Shown in pieces: positions 40,269 to 52,572 of a DNA stretch of 64,000 nt. The translations under genes and the position numbers were made by a program. Location of the stretch: positions 12,034 to 76,033 of the forward strand of contig CBFHXS010000001.1 in assembly GCA_965659845.1 (NCBI GenBank). Direction: 5' to 3'. The stretch's first letter is position 1, and every line of letters begins with the position of its first letter. The notes under the pieces were generated by a model. That model saw only the letters and a program-made list of their open reading frames with translations. It was not told the DNA's origin and did not search any database. This stretch comes from Brumimicrobium sp. Its GTDB lineage: Bacteria; Bacteroidota; Bacteroidia; Flavobacteriales_D; Crocinitomicaceae.

Positions 40269-40321
40269 AGTTGTAAAGATATTTCTTTTCTCTTGCAATT
40301 CAATTTTTTCTACTTTTGTTT

Positions 40322-41764
40322 ATGATGTATAGGATTCTGTTTCTTTCGATAATACTCTTCGTTTCAATCAGTGCTAATAGTCAAAACAGACTATGGAAAA
40401 CAGTTGTGGATAGCGCAAGTCTTTTCTCCTCTCCACGTTTAGTTGATCTAAATAAAGATGGTAATTTAGATATTGTTATTGGTGGAGGAGTAGAAAATAG
40501 TCCAAGTAAAAATGGTGTTATTGCTATTGATGGCAATACCGGCCGAATACTTTGGACCGTAGAATCACCAAGTCAAATTTATACAAGTGCATTATTTCAG
40601 GACATCTCTGGTGATGGTGTAAAAGATGTTTTCATCGGAGGTAGGGCAGCCAACTACTTTGCTATAAACGGTGCAACAGGAGAAGTTATTTGGAGGTTTT
40701 TCGAAGGCTCACAATCTGAATCAAGAAATGCGGGATTTCTGAATTTTTTCGGAACCCAATTCGTAGACGACCTAGACAAAGATGGTTTTAATGACCTTCT
40801 GCTTACCAATGGTGGTGATTACTTAGCGAAAAAGGGAGAAAATGATAGACCTACTGCTCGTCTAATGGTGATTAGTTCAGCAACAGGGAAAATAATCCAA
40901 AGCGCAAGAATGCCCGATGGTAAAGAGTCTTATTATGCACCTCATCTAATCACAATACAAGGAGAGGACTATGTTGTTTTTGGGACGGGTGGAGAAACCA
41001 TTGGTGGATCATTATTCATAGCTCCTTACGATAAGTTTGCAAAAAAAGGGAAGCTCAAAAAAGCTAAAATTCTTTTCTCTGACTCAGTCAAAGGGTTTAT
41101 TTTGAATAGTGTTACGACAGACCTCAATAACGACGATGAAGTAGACATTATAACTGCAAGTATGAATGGGAATGTCTCCGCGGTAGATGGTGTTTCAGGT
41201 AAGAAAATATGGTCACGCTCTTTTCCAGGAAAGGAGTGCTATGTAACCCCTTCTTTAGGACAGTTCAATGACGACCAAACCCCGGATGTATTTACTATTA
41301 TTGCCACTGGAACATTTCCTCAATACAGCGCCTTCGAACTATTGATCCTAGACGGAAAGACCGGAGAAATTATCCTTCAGGAAAAACGCGGGTTTAATCA
41401 ATTTTCACCCGCAGTTATTGCCAACGTGGATGAAGACCCCTTGGATGAGATTATTTACCTAGAGAATGAAATTGTTCACATCGAAGACTTTATAGTTGAA
41501 AATAAGATCTGTGTCTATGATGTAGCTGAGAAGAAGGCTTCTTTTATTGGTCGTCCTAGGTTAGGAATGGCTATGGCATCAGCACCAATGATTGCTGATA
41601 TTAATAATAACGGCACGTTAGAGATTGTAGTAGGAGTCTCCACACTTCCAAAAGAACAAGGCGAGCTTCCGCAAGGAATCATTGAATGTATTATTCTACC
41701 TAAAGGAATAAAATCAATAATTTGGCCTGGATATCTGGGGCCAAATGAAAATGGCGGACTTTAA
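40322..41764 (+). CDS. Secreted FG-GAP/PQQ-like beta-propeller protein
   Basis: Signal peptide, about seven Ca-binding-like repeats (DLNKDGNLD, DISGDGVKD, DLDKDGFND...), AIDGxTG.ILW blades. TACTTTTG at 40311-40318 favours ATG 40322/40325. Confidence 0.85.
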   Translation: MMYRILFLSIILFVSISANSQNRLWKTVVDSASLFSSPRLVDLNKDGNLDIVIGGGVENSPSKNGVIAIDGNTGRILWTVESPSQIYTSALFQDISGDGVKDVFIGGRAANYFAINGATGEVIWRFFEGSQSESRNAGFLNFFGTQFVDDLDKDGFNDLLLTNGGDYLAKKGENDRPTARLMVISSATGKIIQSARMPDGKESYYAPHLITIQGEDYVVFGTGGETIGGSLFIAPYDKFAKKGKLKKAKILFSDSVKGFILNSVTTDLNNDDEVDIITASMNGNVSAVDGVSGKKIWSRSFPGKECYVTPSLGQFNDDQTPDVFTIIATGTFPQYSAFELLILDGKTGEIILQEKRGFNQFSPAVIANVDEDPLDEIIYLENEIVHIEDFIVENKICVYDVAEKKASFIGRPRLGMAMASAPMIADINNNGTLEIVVGVSTLPKEQGELPQGIIECIILPKGIKSIIWPGYLGPNENGGL

Positions 41765-41793
41765 TGTTCACTAAGTATTAACCGATAATTAAT

Positions 41794-42528
41794 ATGTATA
41801 AAGTAAATAACCATAATTGTGGTACATGCAAGGGACAAGTTGAACCAGGAAGGTACTGTCCAGAGTGTGGGTTACATAATACAGGAAATAGCACTAGTTT
41901 TTGGGACTTCATGCGTGAAGGTATTGAGCAAGTTATTTCTCTTGAGAACGGTTTTATCCTTGGATTTAAGAAGTCTTTGGTTGCACCAAGGTCTCTTGTA
42001 TTAGATTATTATAAAGGCTACCGTAATCAAAGCCCTTCACCCGGTAAAATGGTGCTTTATACCTTTCTTTCTCTAGGTATTCTTTATTTGATCTTTGGAA
42101 AGCTTGGTGTTCTGGACGTCACCATTTATGGAGAACAAGAGGATGATTTTAGTGCGTTAAAAGTATTCATGATCATACTTATACCATTTATGATATTATC
42201 CTCTAAGTTCCTTTATTGGAGGCGCTACAAAGGGTTGGTTATTCACATGGTCAGCATAGCATTTCTACTTTTACCGCGTTTCATCATACTCGTTGTAGTT
42301 TTTTCCATTATTAGCTTTTTGATAGACGAACCTGCTCTTTTTTTGATTTTTGCACTTCTTGCCACCGTTATTTGGTTCTTCTATACTAACACAATCGTTT
42401 TAAAGGTTGAGGGGGTATTAAAAAGAACACTTTTTACCTTGGCACAATTAGGCATATTTATTGGTCTCATAATTTTTACAATTATCATTTTGGTAATTTC
42501 CTCAATGGCAGAGGTTAATATTGGATAA
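41794..42528 (+). CDS. DUF3667-like membrane protein with N-terminal zinc ribbon
   Basis: CGTC...YCPECG, DYYKGYR..SP motif, five or so TM helices. Confidence 0.7.
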   Translation: MYKVNNHNCGTCKGQVEPGRYCPECGLHNTGNSTSFWDFMREGIEQVISLENGFILGFKKSLVAPRSLVLDYYKGYRNQSPSPGKMVLYTFLSLGILYLIFGKLGVLDVTIYGEQEDDFSALKVFMIILIPFMILSSKFLYWRRYKGLVIHMVSIAFLLLPRFIILVVVFSIISFLIDEPALFLIFALLATVIWFFYTNTIVLKVEGVLKRTLFTLAQLGIFIGLIIFTIIILVISSMAEVNIG

Positions 42529-42535
42529 CCTAATA

Positions 42536-44386
42536 CTATTTAACAATCGGCAATACAATCCGACTGCTTCCAAACACGGAGTGATTTGCTCTTTCAAAAT
42601 CTTCGTATTCTGCCTCGTAAATACTCTCTACCCATTTTTGAGGGTTAATATCAAACAATGGAAACATAGAGCTTTGAACCTGGATCATTATGCGGTGTCC
42701 TGGCTTGAATGTATGCTGAACGTCAAGAAGAGGGACATTTACTAATGTTTTCTCATTTTTCTCAAATGCTTTTCCTTCTTCGAAGGTCTCACGATATCTT
42801 CCACGGATATATCCCAAACGCACAAGCTTCTGATAACCATTCATTTTCACCCCCTCAGCATCTGTTTCTTGCGGAACTCTGTCCATTGGGAGAACATCTA
42901 TAATTTTTACATACAGGTCGGCATCTTCATGGTCGGTTGCAAAGTCAATAAGCGCCTGGATTTTTCCTGAAACCTTCATTTCTTCTGTTAAAACTCTAGA
43001 GGTAAATGTCAGAACATCAGGACGTTTGGACGCAAAACGCTGATCATCATTCATGTAATGTTTAGGTGCCATTCTGTGAAAGTTGTTTCCTTCAATGAAT
43101 GGAACCGGGCTATTTGGGTCTGATACGAAGCTTAGCATCCCTTCATGCTTGTCCTGCATTAGAGTCCGGTCTGCACCTAAATAGAAGGTTATGCTATCCT
43201 TAGCTCTTTCAAATGGATTCGAGTTAAACTCTTCCCATTCGTGCGTACCCATATCCCATACGCGAGCTTCAAAACTTGGAGCAGTTCCTCTTTCTTTTAA
43301 GTGAAACTCGAAATAAGGAAACTCTATTTCTCTTTGAAACCGCTCTGATACACTATCACCATAGAAAATATTCCCCATAGTATATTGACCTTCTCTTCTT
43401 TTGTTGTGACCGTGAGACCATGGACCTATAACAACTTGAGGCTTGATCTGTGGAGCAACTTTCTTTAATTTTTGATACGAATTCAAAATGCCATAGAGGT
43501 TTTGCTCATCATTCCATCCACCAACTACCATTACATGACACTTTGCACTATCCAAATAACTGATCCAGTCTCTTTTTTGTCTAAACTCGTCATAGTCTGG
43601 GTGGGCTTTCATCTGCTGCCAAAAGATATTCTCCGGATGTAGCATTTGCTCCATTGTCTTTACTGCTCTCTGCGACCTAAAAAACTCATAATAATCTTCC
43701 GTCAACTCGTTTTTAGGGTCAACAATATAGGGTGCTTCAAATTTAACAGTATGCCCAACCTTTGAGGGGTTAGGCATCGCTACTCCGAAATAGTCCAATA
43801 CGGGTAAATAGTTTAAGGCAAATAACCCGTACCTATTAAAATCTTCAAAATAGAAGTTTGTTACAGGAGCCATAGGCATTACTGCTTTTAAGTTTGGGTG
43901 ACCTGAAGTACTCGCCAATAACGCTGTATGTCCCAAGTACGAATTTCCATACTGACCGATATTTCCATTGAATTTCTTTAGGTTTTTCGTTAACCACTCA
44001 TAGGTGTCATAAGAATCAGTAACCTCATCCGTTTTCTCTTTGTCAAAGAATGAATAGGGCGGTTTTGTGTTTTCAAAAGTTCCCTCGCTCATGTATCGAC
44101 CGCGCATGTCTTGGAAGACAAAAATATATCCTGATTCTACAAGGTGTGGGTTATGTGAAATAGATTTCATCAACTCTTCTCCGTACGGTGCACAACTGTA
44201 TGGTGTTCGCTTGATAATTACAGGTAGATCTTCTTTGATTTTTTTAGGCTGATAAATGGAAGTAAAGAGCTTTACACCATCACGCATTTCTATGTATACT
44301 TCTTTCTTCACGTAATCATCCTGGCTATATTGAGCGCCAAGCATAAAACAAAGGAGAAGAGTCAATAATGTAAGAGCAACCTTCAT
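42536..44386 (-). CDS. CocE/NonD family serine hydrolase (alpha-amino acid ester hydrolase/acylase-like)
   Basis: Signal peptide, MRDGVKLFT, RTPY, QDMRGRYMSEG, nucleophile GNSYLG, GPWSHG, HTFKPGHRIMIQVQSS. Confidence 0.92.
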   Translation of the reverse strand: MKVALTLLTLLLCFMLGAQYSQDDYVKKEVYIEMRDGVKLFTSIYQPKKIKEDLPVIIKRTPYSCAPYGEELMKSISHNPHLVESGYIFVFQDMRGRYMSEGTFENTKPPYSFFDKEKTDEVTDSYDTYEWLTKNLKKFNGNIGQYGNSYLGHTALLASTSGHPNLKAVMPMAPVTNFYFEDFNRYGLFALNYLPVLDYFGVAMPNPSKVGHTVKFEAPYIVDPKNELTEDYYEFFRSQRAVKTMEQMLHPENIFWQQMKAHPDYDEFRQKRDWISYLDSAKCHVMVVGGWNDEQNLYGILNSYQKLKKVAPQIKPQVVIGPWSHGHNKRREGQYTMGNIFYGDSVSERFQREIEFPYFEFHLKERGTAPSFEARVWDMGTHEWEEFNSNPFERAKDSITFYLGADRTLMQDKHEGMLSFVSDPNSPVPFIEGNNFHRMAPKHYMNDDQRFASKRPDVLTFTSRVLTEEMKVSGKIQALIDFATDHEDADLYVKIIDVLPMDRVPQETDAEGVKMNGYQKLVRLGYIRGRYRETFEEGKAFEKNEKTLVNVPLLDVQHTFKPGHRIMIQVQSSMFPLFDINPQKWVESIYEAEYEDFERANHSVFGSSRIVLPIVK

Positions 44387-44533
44387 AATACAGCTTTATT
44401 TGAAGTGTGAATATAAGCATCTTTGATGTTTTGACTAACGTGTCTTCGACATTGACTTTACCTCAAAAACATATAACATACTGATGTCTACTATTGTAAA
44501 TGGCTTATATTCGTACTATAAAATGCGTTTTTA

Positions 44534-45022
44534 ATGAGAATTCTTACGGTAATTTCAGCCTTTATTATTTTCTCCTCTCTTTATTCTCAAGAAGATAAGG
44601 AGCGATCGATTTACTTCGAGGCCGGAGGAAGTGGAGGACTTGGGTCAATAAATTATGAAGCCTCAATCTTAAAAAGCTTGTCTACAGAAACTATGAACTA
44701 CACATGGCGTGCTGGACTTAGTTTTGCTCCCATAGACAAAAACAACGGTACGGGAATCGTTTTTCCAATAATGATCAACAGTTTAATTGGCGCTTCTAAT
44801 CACAGGTTGGAAATTGGAGTTGGACAAGGGTTTACCGTTACGACAAGAGGAAGTTTCTTTACTATGACAACCGCTGTGATTGGGTATCGCTTTGACGCAA
44901 AGAACAGCCCTCTTTTCTTTCGTGCAACGTATACTCCCTTGATATCGTACTTGATAGACTTTCAAGTTCAACAATGGGGAGGCCTGAGTATAGGCTACAC
45001 TATTAAATCCAAAGGCAAATGA
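44534..45022 (+). CDS. Hypothetical small outer-membrane beta-barrel-like protein
   Basis: Signal peptide, IYFEAGGSGGLGSINYE, FFRATYTP, GLSIGY amphipathic strands. Confidence 0.7.
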   Translation: MRILTVISAFIIFSSLYSQEDKERSIYFEAGGSGGLGSINYEASILKSLSTETMNYTWRAGLSFAPIDKNNGTGIVFPIMINSLIGASNHRLEIGVGQGFTVTTRGSFFTMTTAVIGYRFDAKNSPLFFRATYTPLISYLIDFQVQQWGGLSIGYTIKSKGK

Positions 45023-45780
45023 GAACAGTGTTAAAAATAGCCTTTGTTTTTCTGCTTTTTACTTGTGACAAGAAGAAGGTTTTTGATGGTATAGATTTTT
45101 ACCAAGACGGCTTTGAAACCTACTCTTCATACGATAACCTACTCATTGACGATGATATCAACTGGTCCTTTAATCAAATTACACGAGACGCTAATAACAT
45201 TAGTCTGGTTGATGATTTTTCTCACTCTGGAAATTATTCATTGCGTTTTTATGCGGAACCATCATCAGATGAAGGTGCTTCTAAAGCAAGTATTGCTAAA
45301 CAAAACTTTGCCTTTTGGGAGGGTGAAACGGTGCGCTTATCTGCATGGTATTACATTGAAGGAGAGCAAGGTCTTCAGTGGTTATTCATTATGGATTTAG
45401 AAGAACGCACCCCTATTGGTGCGGGTCCAGGTATGCGATTAGCAATTGTAGATGATCAGCTGCTTGTAGAACACAAGTATAATGAACCCAACATAACACA
45501 ACCCGAAGGAAGCGGTATCGCTTTCCCTCGAGATGAATGGGTACATGTTGAATGGGAAGTTTCATTATCGCAAAAAGATAACGGATCTGTGCGTGTATGG
45601 CAAAACGGTCAACTCATTATTTCTAGAGATAATCATCGCACTTTGCCAAGTGACTTTCTCTATTTTCAACAGGGTACAAAAGGCCAATATTCCAGTTGTG
45701 AAATTGGAATAACCGCTAATTCATCAGAAAACCCTTGTACTTTATGGGTTGATGATGTACGGTTCGAAAAGGTTGATTAA
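45019..45780 (+). CDS. Lipoprotein with beta-jelly-roll polysaccharide-lyase-like domain
   Basis: Lipobox-like LFTC, DGFE, SGNYSLRF, W.HVEW..S..DNG.V.VWQNG, LWVDDV. ATGA overlap with the upstream gene. Confidence 0.6.
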   Translation: MRTVLKIAFVFLLFTCDKKKVFDGIDFYQDGFETYSSYDNLLIDDDINWSFNQITRDANNISLVDDFSHSGNYSLRFYAEPSSDEGASKASIAKQNFAFWEGETVRLSAWYYIEGEQGLQWLFIMDLEERTPIGAGPGMRLAIVDDQLLVEHKYNEPNITQPEGSGIAFPRDEWVHVEWEVSLSQKDNGSVRVWQNGQLIISRDNHRTLPSDFLYFQQGTKGQYSSCEIGITANSSENPCTLWVDDVRFEKVD

Positions 45781-45848
45781 TATCGCTTATTCCTGAAGTA
45801 TCTGTTTTCATTCTTTTGAGAAATAAAACATTTCATTTTTCTTACCTT

Positions 45849-45914
45849 ATAGTTTTTTTCTATTAAAACATAGAATAAATTGTTAAACCAAATAGTTGGT
45901 TTGGTGTAAATTTG
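45849..45914 (+). promoter_or_regulatory. OxyR-like site and -7 element upstream of katG
   Basis: ATAG-N7-CTAT-N6-ATAG at 45849-45873; TAAATTTG at 45907-45914. Confidence 0.6.
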
Positions 45915-45937
45915 TATTCATGAATATTAAACTCTAA

Positions 45938-48274
<2,337 letters not shown>

Positions 48275-48296
48275 AAAATCCATATTCTTCGATAAC

Positions 48297-48330
48297 AAAA
48301 AAGTGTGGTTATGTATACCACACTTTTTTT
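48297..48330. terminator. Intrinsic terminator after katG
   Basis: AAAAAAGTGTGGT...ACCACACTTTTTTT. Confidence 0.85.
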
Positions 48331-48390
48331 ATGCCTTATAGTTGCTAGTGAATTTCATTTTGAATCAATCACTTTCTTATCTTTACGTTC

Positions 48391-49512
48391 ATGAGCTCTA
48401 AGCGCATTATTGTTTCTGTTACGAACGACCTTTACACGGACCAACGTGTACATAAGGTTTGCTCATTCCTTCACAATAATGGTTATAATGTTCTTTTAGT
48501 AGGAAGACGATTACCTGAGAGTAAGGTACTCAATGATCGTGCTTATGCGACTCACCGTATGAAGCTTCTGTTTAAGAAAGGCGCTCTTTTTTATGCGTTT
48601 TTTAACTTGAGACTCTTTCTTTTTTTGTTGTTTAAGAGAAGTGACCTTCTTCTTAGTAATGATCTAGATACGTTGTTAGCCAATCGCATTGTAAGTAAAC
48701 TCAAAAGAAACAAATTGGTATATGACTCACATGAGTTGTTTACCGAGGTTCCTGAATTAACTTCTCGGCCAAAGGTGAGAAAAGTATGGCTATCCATAGA
48801 AAAACGCATTTTTCCGAAGCTAAAGAGCGTCTATACGGTTAATCAGTCGATTGCCAAAATTTATGAAGAGCGATACGGGGTAAATGTTGGTGTAGTGCGA
48901 AACGTTTCACGTAAATGGGAGCCTACAAACATCAAGTCAAAAGCTGACCTTTCAATTGCTGAGGACAAGAAAATGATCATTCTTCAGGGTTCAGGAATTA
49001 ATATTGATCGTGGGGGAGAAGAGGCTGTTGAATCTATGCAGTGGGTTAAAAACGCGATTTTATATATTGTAGGTGGAGGAGATGTTATCAATCAATTGAA
49101 GGAGATGGTCAAGACTAAAAGTTTATCTGATAAAGTCATTTTTATTGATCGTATTCCGTATGATGAAATGATGAACTATACCTATCATGCTGACCTTGGT
49201 TTGACTTTAGATAAAGACACTAACCCAAACTATAGATTTTCTCTACCAAATAAAGTTTTTGATTACATTCATGCGGGAACCCCTGTTTTAAGTTCAGACC
49301 TCGTTGAAATCAAAAGGGTTATTGACAAACACAATGTTGGAGCAACTCTTAAAGAATACAGTTCAAAATCAATTGCGAGTGAGATAAACAAGATATTCGA
49401 AAAACCAGAGTCTCTAAAACAGATGAAAGAGAACTGTATTTCTGCATCAGAAGCGGAATGCTGGGAAAACGAACAAGAAAAACTATCACGATATTTTCCT
49501 TCTGTTCGTTAA
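48391..49512 (+). CDS. Glycosyltransferase family 4 (GT-B)
   Basis: VTNDLYTDQRV, YDSHE, SLPNKVFDYIHAGTPV. Confidence 0.9.
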   Translation: MSSKRIIVSVTNDLYTDQRVHKVCSFLHNNGYNVLLVGRRLPESKVLNDRAYATHRMKLLFKKGALFYAFFNLRLFLFLLFKRSDLLLSNDLDTLLANRIVSKLKRNKLVYDSHELFTEVPELTSRPKVRKVWLSIEKRIFPKLKSVYTVNQSIAKIYEERYGVNVGVVRNVSRKWEPTNIKSKADLSIAEDKKMIILQGSGINIDRGGEEAVESMQWVKNAILYIVGGGDVINQLKEMVKTKSLSDKVIFIDRIPYDEMMNYTYHADLGLTLDKDTNPNYRFSLPNKVFDYIHAGTPVLSSDLVEIKRVIDKHNVGATLKEYSSKSIASEINKIFEKPESLKQMKENCISASEAECWENEQEKLSRYFPSVR

Positions 49513-49612
49513 ACTTTTAAATCGTTGGTGTGTTTTCTACACTAGAAACTAACGCTTTGTTATACGTTGGTTTACCTTGATATATTACATTTGTTAGACA
49601 AACTAGAAAGTC

Positions 49613-51523
49613 ATGAAATACTGCAATGATCCCTATAATCGCTCTCGATTTCAAACGAGAGAAGTTCCTGTTGGAAATATTGGAATAGGAGGGAAGAACC
49701 CTATACGAATTCAGTCCATGACTACAGCGGACACAATGGACACGCAAAAATCCGTTGCAGAATCTAAACGAATGATAGATGTTGGTTGTGAACTTGTTCG
49801 ACTTACCGCACCATCTAAGAAAGACGCAGAAAACCTGGCTAATATTAAAGCTGCGTTAGTAAAAGAAGGGTACAACACTCCGCTCGTTGCAGATATTCAT
49901 TTTACACCAAATGCTGCTGAGATTGCAGCAGGAATAGTAGAGAAAGTGCGTGTTAACCCCGGAAATTACGCTGATAAAAAGAAGTTTGAAGAAATAGAGT
50001 ATACCGACGAATCCTATCGTTCTGAACTGGACCGTATAGAAGAAAAATTCACTCCTTTAGTCCAGCTTTGTAAGGAAAATGGTACTGCCATGCGTATTGG
50101 TACAAACCATGGTTCTCTATCAGATCGAATATTAAGCAGATATGGCGATACTCCTGAAGGAATGGTTGAGTCCGCTATGGAATTTATTCAGATTTGTCGA
50201 AAACATGATTTTCACAACCTCGTTATATCTATGAAGGCTAGTAATACACTCGTGATGGTTCAGGCCTATCGCTTTTTGGTTGCTAGAATGATAGAAGAAG
50301 GTATGAACTATCCATTACATCTCGGTGTAACTGAGGCTGGTGATGGAGAAGACGGTAGAATAAAGTCTGCGGTGGGAATTGGAACGTTATTAGAAGATGG
50401 TCTTGGAGACACTGTGCGTGTTTCTTTGACAGAAGCCCCAGAAGCGGAAATTCCTGTCGCTCAAAAACTAGTCGCTCAATATATAGATCAGGAACCTCCA
50501 GTTTCTCTTCCTGAAAACTTGGATACACCTTACGATCCTTTCGAACATAAACGAAGGCATTCTGTTGAAATTCAGAATATTGGCGAAGGAAACGCCCCCG
50601 TTGTTGTAGCTGATGTGTCTGACAATGAGAGCGTTACACCCGCTCACTTCTTCGGTTTCGGCTATAACTATTCTAAAAATTTAGATAAATGGTCAACTCA
50701 AGATCTGGCAGCAGATTTTGTTTTTACCGGTGACCATAACATTGATTTCGAGGTGCCGGGAATGTTGGGAGTTGTAATGAATATAGATAATTGGAAAAAG
50801 AATGCTTATAAACGAGAACATTTTTACCCAATTTACGAGTCAATTCCAGAGCGAGGGTTTGCGCACAAAAAACTCAACTTTTTGAAATGGGATCCAACGA
50901 ACCTTGATGTTCAGGCCCTGCACTTCTTGAGGGACGTTGTTCTCGTCGTTGAAAGTTCTGCAAGCAACTATGTTCAAGTTATGCGCCACTTTTACAGAGC
51001 TTTAGTTTTGAAAAATATAGATCTCCCTGTAATACTTAAAAACACAACGAATACAGGGGATACGGAATCATTTCAACTTTGGCAATCTACAAAACTCGGA
51101 GCATTATTAGTAGATGGTTTTGGCGATGGAGTTTGGTTATCTAACAAGACACGTATTGCTCCTCAAATCATAAACGCAACATCGTTCGGTATTCTACAAG
51201 CAACACGTACGCGAATATCTAAAACAGAATACATTTCTTGTCCATCATGCGGAAGAACCTTATTTGATCTTCAAGAGACCACCGCTAAAATTCGAAAACA
51301 CACCTCCCATTTAAAAGGTGTAAAAATCGGAATTATGGGTTGTATTGTGAACGGTCCTGGAGAAATGGCGGATGCAGATTATGGTTATGTAGGAACGCGC
51401 CCTGGAAAAATTCACCTGTATAAGGAAAAGACTGTAGTACGTAAAAATGTTCCTGAAGAGGAAGCAGTGGGGGCACTTATCGATCTTATCAAAGAGAATG
51501 GTGATTGGAATGAACCGAAATAG
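49613..51523 (+). CDS. ispG: (E)-4-hydroxy-3-methylbut-2-enyl-diphosphate synthase, long three-domain form
   Basis: IQSMT, PLVADIHF, RVNPGN, RIGTNHGSLS, SCPSCGRT, MGCIVNGPGE. TACATTTG element at 49586-49593. Confidence 0.97.
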   Translation: MKYCNDPYNRSRFQTREVPVGNIGIGGKNPIRIQSMTTADTMDTQKSVAESKRMIDVGCELVRLTAPSKKDAENLANIKAALVKEGYNTPLVADIHFTPNAAEIAAGIVEKVRVNPGNYADKKKFEEIEYTDESYRSELDRIEEKFTPLVQLCKENGTAMRIGTNHGSLSDRILSRYGDTPEGMVESAMEFIQICRKHDFHNLVISMKASNTLVMVQAYRFLVARMIEEGMNYPLHLGVTEAGDGEDGRIKSAVGIGTLLEDGLGDTVRVSLTEAPEAEIPVAQKLVAQYIDQEPPVSLPENLDTPYDPFEHKRRHSVEIQNIGEGNAPVVVADVSDNESVTPAHFFGFGYNYSKNLDKWSTQDLAADFVFTGDHNIDFEVPGMLGVVMNIDNWKKNAYKREHFYPIYESIPERGFAHKKLNFLKWDPTNLDVQALHFLRDVVLVVESSASNYVQVMRHFYRALVLKNIDLPVILKNTTNTGDTESFQLWQSTKLGALLVDGFGDGVWLSNKTRIAPQIINATSFGILQATRTRISKTEYISCPSCGRTLFDLQETTAKIRKHTSHLKGVKIGIMGCIVNGPGEMADADYGYVGTRPGKIHLYKEKTVVRKNVPEEEAVGALIDLIKENGDWNEPK

Positions 51524-51676
51524 TAAAAACTAAGTTTTTTGTTAAATATTTCACTTCGGTTTTTTAAGGTTCATTAAAATTCTGACGTATATATCGTCAC
51601 ACAACCTAATACTGCTTAAATAACACCTTAAAATGCCTAATTGATATAATCTAAACTTTTTAACCCGCTGTAAGAA

Positions 51677-52549
51677 CTATTTTTTCCGTAAAACGTAAAC
51701 TTGACTTGAGTAACCATATTTTTTTCCTTTCATATTTGAAAGAAATCCTATAATTACTCCAAACAATGAAAAACGCTTTTTGTATTTTTCAGAAAGCATA
51801 GATACATAATATGAATCGAACTTCATCGGTATCACTTTTTCTAATTCAAATCCGTTACTCATAAAAAACTTAGAAATATCCTGCTTCTGAAAATGATATA
51901 AATGTCGAGGCACATCATAAGCTGCCCAGTATTCTCTATAGTATCGCGCATCATATGAATTCATATTAGGAACGGCTACAAAAAGTTTGCCTCCTGCGCT
52001 CAACACTTCGTTCATTTTTGCAACGTCCTTCTTTAGATCATAAACATGCTCAAGAACGTGCCACATTGTAATAACATCAACACTGCTTTTTTCAAGGTTA
52101 TATAATTCGTTCTGTTCGCAACTTCTCACATGATTTTCCTTGTGCGCGAAAGCTCTAGCATCTTCGTCTGGCTCTATGCCATAACCATCAAACCCTCCAT
52201 CTTTAGCTGCTCTCAAAAAATGGCCTGTTCCTGAACCTATATCTAAAAGCCTATTTCCATTGACCGCATTGCGCACCCATCGAACTTTATCTTTTAATGT
52301 TTTCTTACGGACACGGTTATACAAGGAATTAATTAATCCTTTCTTAGTAGAACTGTGTGAAATGTACTCCTCAGATTTATAGTATGCACCGATTTCATCT
52401 TTTTTTGGAATTGGATTCGTAAAGTGAAACCCACAGTTTTCGCACTCGACGATCTTAAAGTCCGCTTTCGTAATCATGTGGTCTCTTACATTCAAAAAGA
52501 TACGATGGCTCTTACTGCCACAAACAACACATTCTTCTATGGAATTCAT
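51677..52549 (-). CDS. Class I SAM-dependent methyltransferase with N-terminal Zn-binding motif
   Basis: CVVC...CENC, LLDIGSGTG, ITMWHVLEH, VPRHLYHF. ATG at 52549. Confidence 0.9.
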   Translation of the reverse strand: MNSIEECVVCGSKSHRIFLNVRDHMITKADFKIVECENCGFHFTNPIPKKDEIGAYYKSEEYISHSSTKKGLINSLYNRVRKKTLKDKVRWVRNAVNGNRLLDIGSGTGHFLRAAKDGGFDGYGIEPDEDARAFAHKENHVRSCEQNELYNLEKSSVDVITMWHVLEHVYDLKKDVAKMNEVLSAGGKLFVAVPNMNSYDARYYREYWAAYDVPRHLYHFQKQDISKFFMSNGFELEKVIPMKFDSYYVSMLSEKYKKRFSLFGVIIGFLSNMKGKKYGYSSQVYVLRKK

Positions 52550-52556
52550 TCTCTTT

Positions 52557-52572
52557 TGTTTCACGTGAAACT
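52557..52572. other. parS centromere-like site (TGTTTCACGTGAAACT)
   Basis: 15/16 match to TGTTTCACGTGAAACA, between mnmG and the methyltransferase. Confidence 0.85.

Noticed and set aside
48903-48918. parS-like half sites here and at about 11549
   Set aside because: Only one half matches; explained by Val-Ser-Arg codons.
50500-51150. Large internal insertion in IspG
   Set aside because: Known three-domain IspG type of Bacteroidota, Chlamydiae and plants; no intein motifs.
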